Below are positions 1 to 7,382 of a stretch of DNA of 21,689 nucleotides, one piece after another. Made by a program: the position numbers and the translations under genes. A model generated the notes under the pieces. It was not told the origin of the DNA and made no database searches. It was given only the letters and a program-made list of their open reading frames with translations. This DNA comes from a virus (lineage: Duplodnaviria; Heunggongvirae; Uroviricota; Caudoviricetes): the IMG/VR virus record IMGVR_UViG_2541047926_000011; one strand, 5' to 3'. Position 1 is the stretch's first letter; every line of letters begins with the position of its first letter.

Positions 1-981
1 TCACACCGCCAGCCCGCCGCCGAGAGGGTTTAACGTTACTGCGTGTTGCAGGTAATCAGGTGCAAGGTGAGCATAAACCATCGTCTGTTGTATGCTGGCG
101 TGCCCCAGAATTTGCTGTAACGCAATAATGTTCCCCCCGTTCATCATGAACCAGCTTGCAAATGTATGCCGAAGCACATGCGTGGCCTGCCCGCGTGGTA
201 AATCGGGCTTAACCTGTCTGAGCAGTTCGCAGAAGTTTTCATAGTCAACTTTGAACAGTGGCCCAGTGTCGCTGGTCTTGATCTCTTTCTCCAGTTCTTC
301 CGATATCGGAACCGTGCGCTTTTTCCCGTTTTTGGTCTTAAGAAACGTCACGCGCCCGTGATTTACCTGCTCGCCTCGCAGCGTGCTACCTTCGCCCCAG
401 CGTGCGCCGGTGCTTAGGCATAACAGTGCTACGCGTCGATCGTCGCCGGTCAGAGTATCCAGCAATTTGCTGATCTCTGATTTGGCGAGGTAGGTCATAG
501 CTGGCGGTGCTTCTTTCAGTGGTTCCAGACCCTTACAGGGGTTTTCCTTCCTGAACTCTTCCAGCTTTATCAACGTGCTGAACATCCCGGACAAGCGGTA
601 AATATCCCGGTTGATCGTTGCTGCGCTGATACCGTCTTCCAGCCGTTGGCTACGGTGCTGTGCAATCATTCGCTTGTTCAGTCGGTTAACGGCTGGATCA
701 CCAAGCGCCCTGATTGTTTTATTCAGATGCCGCTTTTCAATCTCGCCATTTTCCTGAGTCTGTCCATATAGCAGCCACCAAGTATTTAACAACTCGCTTA
801 AGGTGCGGCGGTCAACGCTCGCGCCCAGCCATTCTTTTTTGTCGGCGTTGGCTAATACATAACGCTCAAAAAGAACTGCCTCTTGTTTCTTCTCAAATCG
901 CCTGCGGATACGTTTTCCGTTACGTCCGCGCGGCCATACGTCCACTTCATATTGACCACCTTCGAGCTTCTTAATCGACAT
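1..981 (-). CDS. int: Phage integrase, tyrosine recombinase (P2 Int-like), complete
   Basis: 326-aa ORF ending in a stop at 1-3; C-terminal catalytic region with LRHTFAS...MVYAHL (His/Arg/Tyr of tyrosine recombinases); sits beside a repressor gene as in P2. Confidence 0.9.
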   Translation of the reverse strand: MSIKKLEGGQYEVDVWPRGRNGKRIRRRFEKKQEAVLFERYVLANADKKEWLGASVDRRTLSELLNTWWLLYGQTQENGEIEKRHLNKTIRALGDPAVNRLNKRMIAQHRSQRLEDGISAATINRDIYRLSGMFSTLIKLEEFRKENPCKGLEPLKEAPPAMTYLAKSEISKLLDTLTGDDRRVALLCLSTGARWGEGSTLRGEQVNHGRVTFLKTKNGKKRTVPISEELEKEIKTSDTGPLFKVDYENFCELLRQVKPDLPRGQATHVLRHTFASWFMMNGGNIIALQQILGHASIQQTMVYAHLAPDYLQHAVTLNPLGGGLAV

Positions 982-1050
982 AAGAAAGCCCTCCGGCGTT
1001 TATTTCTCCATCTTGGTAGCAGATGGTGAAAATGTAGTGTTTATAGATAG

Positions 1051-1350
1051 TTAACCAGTTTGTTTCTCGGAGAGGTCTGATTCCGTTGATTCTGGCCCAA
1101 TGTGTGCGAGAGCCGGTGCGATTTGACCAGCTTGCGGAGCGGTCTTATCAGTCATTAGCCAAAGCGTGTACTTTTCAAATAGTGGGTGCTGGGTGAGTTT
1201 CATCAGTGTTGTCCAGCCAGGTTCGTTATATCCCCCCTCTAATTTTTTCAAGGTGCTAATTGGTATCTCCATGATTTTGCAAAATTGATTCTGGCTGAGT
1301 CCTTCAGCCGTTCGAATCGCCTTTATTTTTTCAGATACGATCATTGACAT
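1051..1350 (-). CDS. C: Immunity repressor, HTH (P2 C-like); start placed at the ATG giving 99 aa, the ORF extends to a GTG at 1377
   Basis: HTH-like stretch SEKIKAIRTAEGLSQNQFCKIMEIPISTLKKL; C-terminal FEKYTLWLMT...GQIAPALAH matches my recollection of P2 C; the 99-aa length equals P2 C. Confidence 0.75.
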   Translation of the reverse strand: MSMIVSEKIKAIRTAEGLSQNQFCKIMEIPISTLKKLEGGYNEPGWTTLMKLTQHPLFEKYTLWLMTDKTAPQAGQIAPALAHIGPESTESDLSEKQTG

Positions 1351-1377
1351 GGTTCCGACTTGTGATCTAGCATTCAC

Positions 1378-1407
1378 TCAACTGGTTCATAACTCGGAAC
1401 CAGTTGA
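1378..1407. promoter_or_regulatory. Perfect 11-bp inverted repeat (TCAACTGGTTC / GAACCAGTTGA) with an 8-bp spacer, just upstream of the repressor start; candidate operator
   Basis: Read directly from the sequence; a GATC lies at 1364-1367 between the repeat and the C start codon. Confidence 0.4.
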
Positions 1408-1910
1408 ACCAGACTCATAACCGCCAATTTAGGCAGTTATAAGCCGAAATAAGCGCCTAGCGCCAATGCGGAGATTAGCACAAATGGTTATGAAACATGA
1501 GGGAGCGAAAGAATCGGGCGGAGCCTTACATATGAGATTCCGCCAGATTAAGGGGAGTCAAAAACGTGGCTTTCTGCGGGTTATTGCAGAACGTTTGTCA
1601 CTGGTGTTCCTTCGAGTTGCTCGTCCAGAAATTTGTGTGTCCTCGCTAAGTTCAATGCAAGTGATTGTGTTACCCCTGCTGAAAACTGCAATCGCAGAGG
1701 AATATCACCAGCAGGGTGCGGAAGCACTACATCGAGTTGTAATTCGCCTGTCTTGGCGTCGAATTTAAGACCTTTAAGGTCAGTAATCGGTAGAGGAAAA
1801 ACGCCCTTAAATTCGTCCATTTTTTTGCCCTATTAGTGTGAGAGCTACAAGGGTAACACGCGCCGGGGCGTGAGAAAAAATCCCGGCAACAATCAATTAG
1901 AGGTAATTCT

Positions 1911-2192
1911 ATGACAGACAAAGAGTTAGAGGGGTTCATTGAAGTGCGTCACGCTGTTGACGCGGTTCCATACCCAAAATTTGCCGAATTGATCGGTAAG
2001 AAGCCCGCCACGGTTAAGAGCATGATTGAAGACGGTAAGTTGCCGATCATCCCGTGGAAGAACCCGGAAAGCCTGGGCGCCCGCGCTGAGAACTGGATCT
2101 ATATTCCTGAGTTCAACCGCGCAATGCGTGACGCCTATTACAACCGTCCGAGAGAACAGCGCGACGCGTGGTTGTTGTGGATCGGTCTTTGA
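1911..2192 (+). CDS. cox: Cox-like excisionase / switch regulator
   Basis: 93 aa (P2 Cox is 91); C-terminal ...RDAWLLWIGL resembles the P2 Cox C-terminus; GAGGT Shine-Dalgarno upstream of the ATG; divergent from C. Confidence 0.75.
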   Translation: MTDKELEGFIEVRHAVDAVPYPKFAELIGKKPATVKSMIEDGKLPIIPWKNPESLGARAENWIYIPEFNRAMRDAYYNRPREQRDAWLLWIGL

Positions 2193-2202
2193 GGTTATCG
2201 CG

Positions 2203-2406
2203 ATGAGCCAGAAAACAGCCAACCACGAAAACCGGGTGCGTGAATGTAACAATATTCTGGACACCCATTTAAAAAATATGCAAACGGGATTCATGATTCG
2301 CACCAATAGCGGCGAGTTTATTATCAGGGATAAAAAGCTGATTAAGAAAATAACCAAAGACGTGGCGCGCCATGTTGATGGTGAATTGCTTAAATTGGGA
2401 ATGTGA
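2203..2406 (+). CDS. Hypothetical early protein, 67 aa
   Basis: ATG at 2203 with GAGG 8 nt upstream, just after the cox stop; the longer ORF from 2026 overlaps cox and is rejected. Confidence 0.5.
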   Translation: MSQKTANHENRVRECNNILDTHLKNMQTGFMIRTNSGEFIIRDKKLIKKITKDVARHVDGELLKLGM

Positions 2407-2416
2407 GGGGGCTTTT

Positions 2417-2623
2417 GTGGCTGTGCAATTAATACAGTTAAGTCGTCACTCATATTTATATCGTGGCTTCACGATTCAAAAGTGCCCGCGTAATCCATTT
2501 ACGTTTAAGCACTCTTATCGTATTTCCAGTAATGGCGATTATTACGGGCGTGACTTTGCTTTAGCGGAAGCCATGCGCACGGTTGATCAGATGTATAAGC
2601 AAGGGGGCAGTAATGCACGATGA
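2417..2623 (+). CDS. Hypothetical early protein, about 68 aa, start uncertain (GTG)
   Basis: GAGGGGG just upstream of an in-frame GTG at 2417; its stop overlaps the next ORF start, suggesting translational coupling. Confidence 0.4.
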   Translation: MAVQLIQLSRHSYLYRGFTIQKCPRNPFTFKHSYRISSNGDYYGRDFALAEAMRTVDQMYKQGGSNAR

Positions 2624-2843
2624 AGGCCCATCACTGGCAAGCCTGCTTAAGCACGGGTGCCAGGTTACACACTTCAAAAACTCACGCGGCTGGCTGGAAA
2701 CACCAGACGGGAAATTCTTTAAACCTGAGCCTGGCAAGGTTCAATTTATTAAGGGAATGAGTAAGCCCTTTGTTTATATGAAGAAGATAAACAAAGGATT
2801 ACTTTTTAACTTTGTTAATTCTTTGAGAAATTTAATCGGCTAA
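2613..2843 (+). CDS. Hypothetical early protein, 76 aa
   Basis: ATG at 2613 preceded by AAGGGGG; overlaps the stop of the upstream ORF. Confidence 0.45.
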   Translation: MHDEGPSLASLLKHGCQVTHFKNSRGWLETPDGKFFKPEPGKVQFIKGMSKPFVYMKKINKGLLFNFVNSLRNLIG

Positions 2844-2885
2844 CAACGCCAGTTAAATAGTAATTAAAAACAGTCTTCACTGTCG

Positions 2886-2901
2886 TCACTTAATTAAGTG
2901 A
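2886..2901. promoter_or_regulatory. Perfect 16-bp palindrome TCACTTAATTAAGTGA in an AT-rich gap about 35 bp upstream of the TerB-like gene; candidate operator or promoter element
   Basis: Read directly from the sequence; the surrounding stretch 2844-2936 is AT-rich and non-coding. Confidence 0.4.
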
Positions 2902-2936
2902 TGGCGCTTTCACTCATCCTAAAAAGGATAAATAGC

Positions 2937-3371
2937 ATGTTTAATAAACTGTTTGGAAAAAAAGTAGCAGCGGCAAAAGTTGAACTTAAGAAAGTAGAAA
3001 ATCGCGATCTGATGGAAGCTATTGTCGGCGGTTGCCTTTTGGTATCTGCCGCCGATGGCGAGATCGAAAAAGAAGAAACCAGCAAGCTGGATCAGCTTAT
3101 CCGCTCTAACCCGCGCCTTGCGCATTTCGGCAATGAGATCACATCCACCATCAACCGCTATACGGAACAGCTTGAAGCTGGCTTCCGCGTTGGCCGCATG
3201 AACATTTTGCGCGAAATCGACGACATCAAAAACGATCCGAAAGAAGCCGAAGAAGTCTTCGTCAACATGCTGACTATCGCCGAAGCGGACGGCCAGATCG
3301 AACCAGAAGAACAGAAGGTGCTGGAAGAGGTCGGGCGCCGTCTGGGGCTGCGTGTTGAGGATTATCTCTGA
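2937..3371 (+). CDS. TerB-like (tellurite-resistance TerB domain) protein, 144 aa
   Basis: Two acidic helical motifs, AADGEIEKEE and EADGQIEPEEQKVLEEV, as in TerB; AAGGA Shine-Dalgarno 8 nt before the ATG at 2937. Confidence 0.65.
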   Translation: MFNKLFGKKVAAAKVELKKVENRDLMEAIVGGCLLVSAADGEIEKEETSKLDQLIRSNPRLAHFGNEITSTINRYTEQLEAGFRVGRMNILREIDDIKNDPKEAEEVFVNMLTIAEADGQIEPEEQKVLEEVGRRLGLRVEDYL

Positions 3372-3553
3372 TGCTGCGCGTGCTGGATTCACTACGTCCG
3401 GCGCTGGCCCTGCTGTTGGCCTTCATGGTCGTAGCAGTGGATTTCACCAGCTACCTGCTTTCGGTGATTGGCGACGCCTTCTTCGTTGGCGCTCTTCTTC
3501 TCCTTGTCTGGCCTGCCATCAAGTCAGCTAACCAATCAGCGGATCACCAGTAA
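3371..3553 (+). CDS. Small hydrophobic (predicted membrane) protein, 60 aa, coupled to the TerB-like gene
   Basis: ATG overlaps the TerB-like stop (ATGA); translation has long hydrophobic stretches (ALALLLAFMVVAVDF..., FFVGALLLLVWPAI). Confidence 0.55.
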   Translation: MLRVLDSLRPALALLLAFMVVAVDFTSYLLSVIGDAFFVGALLLLVWPAIKSANQSADHQ

Positions 3554-3595
3554 CAGATTACCGGGGAAACCCGGCAATTTCTGAGGCTTCGAATC

Positions 3596-3808
3596 ATGAC
3601 TAAACGCGATCAATATAACTTCATCCTGCACGTTCTCTTACCTGCTGTTGAGCGTGAAGGGCTGACGATTAAAACCCGCCGCGATGGTGAGTTAACCCTT
3701 TCTTCTGACGATCCCTCTGTTTCCTGCTTTATCGACGACATGCGCCAGCGCCTTACCACGGCGTTGCTGCGTCCGGCTGTTCCATCTTCCCCTTACGGAG
3801 TCCTGTAA
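3596..3808 (+). CDS. Hypothetical protein, 70 aa
   Basis: ORF with GAGG upstream; its stop lies 1 nt before the Dam start. Confidence 0.5.
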   Translation: MTKRDQYNFILHVLLPAVEREGLTIKTRRDGELTLSSDDPSVSCFIDDMRQRLTTALLRPAVPSSPYGVL

Positions 3809-3809
3809 A

Positions 3810-4781
3810 ATGATCCGCCCGTTCATCAAATGGGCAGGGGGTAAAACCCGTGTCCTCCCTGACCTGCTGCCGCATCTTCCTAAAGCCGACTGCCTGATCG
3901 AACCGTTCGTAGGCGGAGCATCGGTATTTCTGGCGACTGAATACCGCCGCTATGTGCTGGCTGATATCAACCCGGACCTTATTAACCTGTATCGGGAAGT
4001 CACTCGTTACCCGGACTTAGTGATCGATGCGGCCCGCGAACTGTTCAACAGTAAGAACAGCCCGCAGGGATACAACGAAGTCCGCGCCGCGTTCAATAAG
4101 CAGGTGGGTACGGTAAAAAGCGGTGGGTTGCGTTATGGCGCTGAAATGGCGTGCATTATGCGCGCTGCTCAATTCCTGTATCTGAATCGCCACGGCTATA
4201 ACGGCTTATGCCGATACAGCTGGAAGACCGGCTTTAACGTGCCGTTTGGCAAGTATAAGAGCGTCTACTTTCCTGAAAATGAAATATGCCTGTTTGCCGA
4301 AAAGGCCAACGATACAAAGGCAATATTTCTTTGCGCGCCGTTCCAGCGTTCTCTACAGGTCGTCACGGGTGGCGATGTTCTCGTTTACTGCGATCCGCCT
4401 TACCTGCCTGAAAGCAAAACAGCCGATTTTACCCAATACCACACCGAACCATTCACGGAAGACAACCACCGCCAGTTAGTCCAGGCACTGCTGGAAGTTA
4501 ACCGTAAGCATGGCGTGAAGGTCGTCATTTCCAACAGCGACACCGAAGCCACCCGCGCGATTTATCAGCCCTTCAAGATGCACGAAATCAGCGTGCAACG
4601 TTCCGTCAGCACCAACAAAGACAACCGGCAGAAGGCCAAAGAAGTGATCGGCGTGCTGCCTGTCTGCGACTGCTGCGGGCGTTATGGCGGCGGTTGCCCT
4701 GATTGTGGCGCCGTGATGGGTGATGCGACTTACAACGCGATGGTTGCGGCGGGCGAGTTTGACGATCAGGAGGCTTTTTAA
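3810..4781 (+). CDS. dam: DNA adenine methyltransferase (Dam family, N6-adenine, probably GATC-specific) with a Cys-rich C-terminal extension
   Basis: N-terminal FIKWAGGK motif, catalytic DPPY motif, and collinear resemblance to E. coli Dam (LYLNRHGYNGLCRY); about 45 extra C-terminal residues containing CDCC...CPDC. Confidence 0.9.
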   Translation: MIRPFIKWAGGKTRVLPDLLPHLPKADCLIEPFVGGASVFLATEYRRYVLADINPDLINLYREVTRYPDLVIDAARELFNSKNSPQGYNEVRAAFNKQVGTVKSGGLRYGAEMACIMRAAQFLYLNRHGYNGLCRYSWKTGFNVPFGKYKSVYFPENEICLFAEKANDTKAIFLCAPFQRSLQVVTGGDVLVYCDPPYLPESKTADFTQYHTEPFTEDNHRQLVQALLEVNRKHGVKVVISNSDTEATRAIYQPFKMHEISVQRSVSTNKDNRQKAKEVIGVLPVCDCCGRYGGGCPDCGAVMGDATYNAMVAAGEFDDQEAF

Positions 4782-4960
4782 TGAATCTTATAGACGCCTG
4801 GATCGTTGAAATCATAAGCGTGAGTTGCGGCGAGATTGTGCCGTATTGGTTGGTTGAGGCGAAAGTAACAGCTTATGGAAGGGAGTCAATAACCACAATT
4901 CTGAAGAAATCAGAAGAGGAAGCCAAAGCCGTTAAAGTAGGGGATGTAGTTCAAATATGA
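4781..4960 (+). CDS. Hypothetical small protein, 59 aa, absent from the ORF track (below its length cutoff)
   Basis: ATG overlaps the dam stop (TAATG) with CAGGAGG 7 nt upstream; stop TGA overlaps the A start (ATGA); translation MNLIDAWIVEIISVSCGEIVPYWLVEAKVTAYGRESITTILKKSEEEAKAVKVGDVVQI. Confidence 0.45.
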   Translation: MNLIDAWIVEIISVSCGEIVPYWLVEAKVTAYGRESITTILKKSEEEAKAVKVGDVVQI

Positions 4961-7332
4961 CCACGGAAACCCGTGGCCGTCGCGCCCCTTCTCCACCTCC
5001 ACCGTATCCGGGTAGCACTGACAATGCTATCCCTTACGCTTATGGGGGAAACAAACCATACCAGCCTATTGGCGTTGATGTAGCGCCGGGGCTGGATGGT
5101 TTCGACTATCTCACGCCGGACGGCACGCGTAAGCATATTGCGTTCAGTGAACTGGTAGCGGAAGACGAAAAGCCGGAGCGCAGCAAGCTGCTGCGTCGCC
5201 GTCTGGCTTCACTTCCGCAGTATATCCGCCGCCACTTTGCCGCGAAGCTGGATGCACTGGACGCGAAAGACCGCAAAGCGGCAGATCACTGGCTGGTTAA
5301 TACCTTTGAGCGCCACGTATTAACGCGAATTGATAGTGTGAACAGTGTTTACCAGCCTGACACTGTGATGCCCGGCATTCTGCTGCCAATCCGCGATCAG
5401 CTGTTCCGTATGCTCTGGGCAGGGAAGAAAGAGTTAAAAAGACTGGCTTATACGCTTGCCGATATCTTTACGAGCGAGTTTATACGCGAGTCCGATCACC
5501 AATTGGCACGCACCGGAGATCCTGAGTTCGCGGCGCTTTCTGGCTATGGCCGTATTGCGTCGCTGGCGGTGCATCTGAAAACTCCGATCCCCGGCTGGAC
5601 GGCGTATTGCAATGAAGAACTGGAAGCGGAGGACGCGTTACGCGCGGTTCTTCGCCTTGAGTCACCGCAGTGGTGGTTAAACCGCCTGCGCCGTATCCAT
5701 GCCCGGTGGCGTGAGCATTTGATGATCGCTGCGGGATACGTCCAGAAAAAATCTTTCCCATACAGTAGCGCCCCGTGCCTTACGGAATGGTTGGCCCAAA
5801 AAAAGGCTAACCGTGAATACCTTAAGGCTATGGAACTGGAAGACCAGGACACGGGCGAACGCATTTCACTGATCGATAAAGTCGCCGGTAGTGTTGCCAA
5901 TCCGGCCAACCGTCGCCGCGAACTCATGACGAGAATGCGCGGATTTGAAGATCTGGCGAAGCTGGAAGGGCTGGCCGGTGACTTCTACACGCTGACAGCA
6001 CCTTCCCGTTACCACTCCATGCAGCATAACGGGCGCCGCAATAATAAATACTGTGGCGCATCGCCGCGCGAGACGCAGCAATATCTTTGCAAAGTCTGGG
6101 CGAGAACCCGCGCAGCGTGGAAGAGAAAAGGGATCCGCGTCTTTGGTTTTCGCGTGGTCGAACCGCACCACGATGCAACGCCACACTGGCATTTACTTCT
6201 TTTTATGCGCCCGGAATGCGTCGAGCAGGCGCGCGAAATCTTCCGTAAATATGCCCTGAAAGAAGACGGCAACGAACCGGGAGCGCAGGAAAACCGCTTT
6301 CAGGTTGTGCCGATCGATGATGCCCACGGCAGCGCAACCGGCTACATAGCGAAATACATTTCGAAGAATATCGACGGCTTCGCGCTGGATGGTGAGAAGG
6401 ACGACGAAACCGGGGAAGACCTGAAAGAAATGTCACTCCGCGTTAGCGCGTGGGCATCGCGCTGGGCTATTCGTCAGTTTCAGCAGATCGGCGGTGCACC
6501 GGTCACGGTATATCGCGAACTTCGCCGCCTGGGCGATCGCGAACTGGTGTTACACCCTGAACTGGAAACCGCCCGGCAGGCCGCTAACGGTGGCGAATGG
6601 GATAACTACGTATTAGCCCAGGGTGGCCCGTTGGTTGAGCGCGATAAGCTGCGCATCCGTCTGAATTATGAAACCACTGAAAACGGCAACGCCTACGGCG
6701 ATAACGTCCAGCGAATCACCGGTATCTATTGCCCGATTACGGGCAATGACTCTTTGATCTTCACCCGCACCACTAAATACAAAATCGTGCCGAAGCGCCA
6801 GAGCGCTGACGGTGTGGCCGTTGACGTTGGTTTTTCAGGCGGCAGCGCCGCCCCTCGGAGTTCTGTCAATAACTGTACGCGGGATCCCGCAACAGGTGCT
6901 GACGGTCTTGAACATGCCGATCACGAAGTGGGCGAGACGGTGAATTTTGATGCTCTTTCACGGCAAGAAAAGCGGGAACTGGCGCAGCGATTAAGTGACG
7001 ATGTACGCGCCAAGCGGAAAACGCGGCCACCGGAACGGGAACGGGAAGAGGAAGCAGGGCTATCAGTCAAAGAGCAGCAGATCAGTGAACTGCTGGAGCT
7101 ACGTGGGATTGATGCAAGCGCCGGAATGGTCAGATCGATGATGGCCGGTGCGTCAGTGGCGTGCGGTGATCTTGTTATGACCGTGCAGGACGGGCGGTTG
7201 GTATCGCGCAACCGCGCCGCATCCGGGCTGGATAAGCTGCCGTCACAGGTGATGGCAGCGAAGAAAAAGACAAGCGACCTTGTGAACAGGATGAAGGCAG
7301 CGTTTAAGGGCCATTTATTAAATGAGATATAA
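4957..7332 (+). CDS. A: Rolling-circle replication initiation endonuclease (P2 gpA-like)
   Basis: 791 aa; HUH-type motif TPHWHLLLF and active-site tyrosine motif GYIAKYISKN; positioned before the variable locus as in P2. Confidence 0.9.
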   Translation: MTTETRGRRAPSPPPPYPGSTDNAIPYAYGGNKPYQPIGVDVAPGLDGFDYLTPDGTRKHIAFSELVAEDEKPERSKLLRRRLASLPQYIRRHFAAKLDALDAKDRKAADHWLVNTFERHVLTRIDSVNSVYQPDTVMPGILLPIRDQLFRMLWAGKKELKRLAYTLADIFTSEFIRESDHQLARTGDPEFAALSGYGRIASLAVHLKTPIPGWTAYCNEELEAEDALRAVLRLESPQWWLNRLRRIHARWREHLMIAAGYVQKKSFPYSSAPCLTEWLAQKKANREYLKAMELEDQDTGERISLIDKVAGSVANPANRRRELMTRMRGFEDLAKLEGLAGDFYTLTAPSRYHSMQHNGRRNNKYCGASPRETQQYLCKVWARTRAAWKRKGIRVFGFRVVEPHHDATPHWHLLLFMRPECVEQAREIFRKYALKEDGNEPGAQENRFQVVPIDDAHGSATGYIAKYISKNIDGFALDGEKDDETGEDLKEMSLRVSAWASRWAIRQFQQIGGAPVTVYRELRRLGDRELVLHPELETARQAANGGEWDNYVLAQGGPLVERDKLRIRLNYETTENGNAYGDNVQRITGIYCPITGNDSLIFTRTTKYKIVPKRQSADGVAVDVGFSGGSAAPRSSVNNCTRDPATGADGLEHADHEVGETVNFDALSRQEKRELAQRLSDDVRAKRKTRPPEREREEEAGLSVKEQQISELLELRGIDASAGMVRSMMAGASVACGDLVMTVQDGRLVSRNRAASGLDKLPSQVMAAKKKTSDLVNRMKAAFKGHLLNEI

Positions 7333-7344
7333 TTAGCCAAAAGC

Positions 7345-7366
7345 AATGGCGCCATGAGGCGCCATT
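7345..7366. terminator. Hairpin (9-bp stem AATGGCGCC / GGCGCCATT, 4-nt loop) between convergent gene A and the 370-aa gene; probable bidirectional terminator
   Basis: Read from the sequence; T-rich tracts flank it on both strands. Confidence 0.5.
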
Positions 7367-7382
7367 TATGGGTATGTTTTAA

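Noticed and set aside
1466-1768. 100-aa plus-strand ORF in the C-cox region
   Set aside because: Arg/Leu/Val-rich translation without protein-like character, and antisense to the more protein-like 79-aa minus-strand ORF. Not fully excluded; either, both or neither may be real.
2026-2202. Upstream extension of the 2026-2406 ORF
   Set aside because: It overlaps cox in another frame; an internal ATG at 2203 with a Shine-Dalgarno sits right after the cox stop.
1926-2453. 175-aa minus-strand ORF antisense to cox and the following small genes
   Set aside because: Antisense to a cox gene with recognisable similarity and a good start context; likely a chance open frame.
4951-7355. Several overlapping ORFs inside and antisense to gene A (for example 5544-5927, 5866-6192, 6921-7355 on the minus strand)
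   Set aside because: All lie within the 791-aa replication initiator gene, which has clear catalytic motifs; they are typical GC-rich alternative-frame ORFs.
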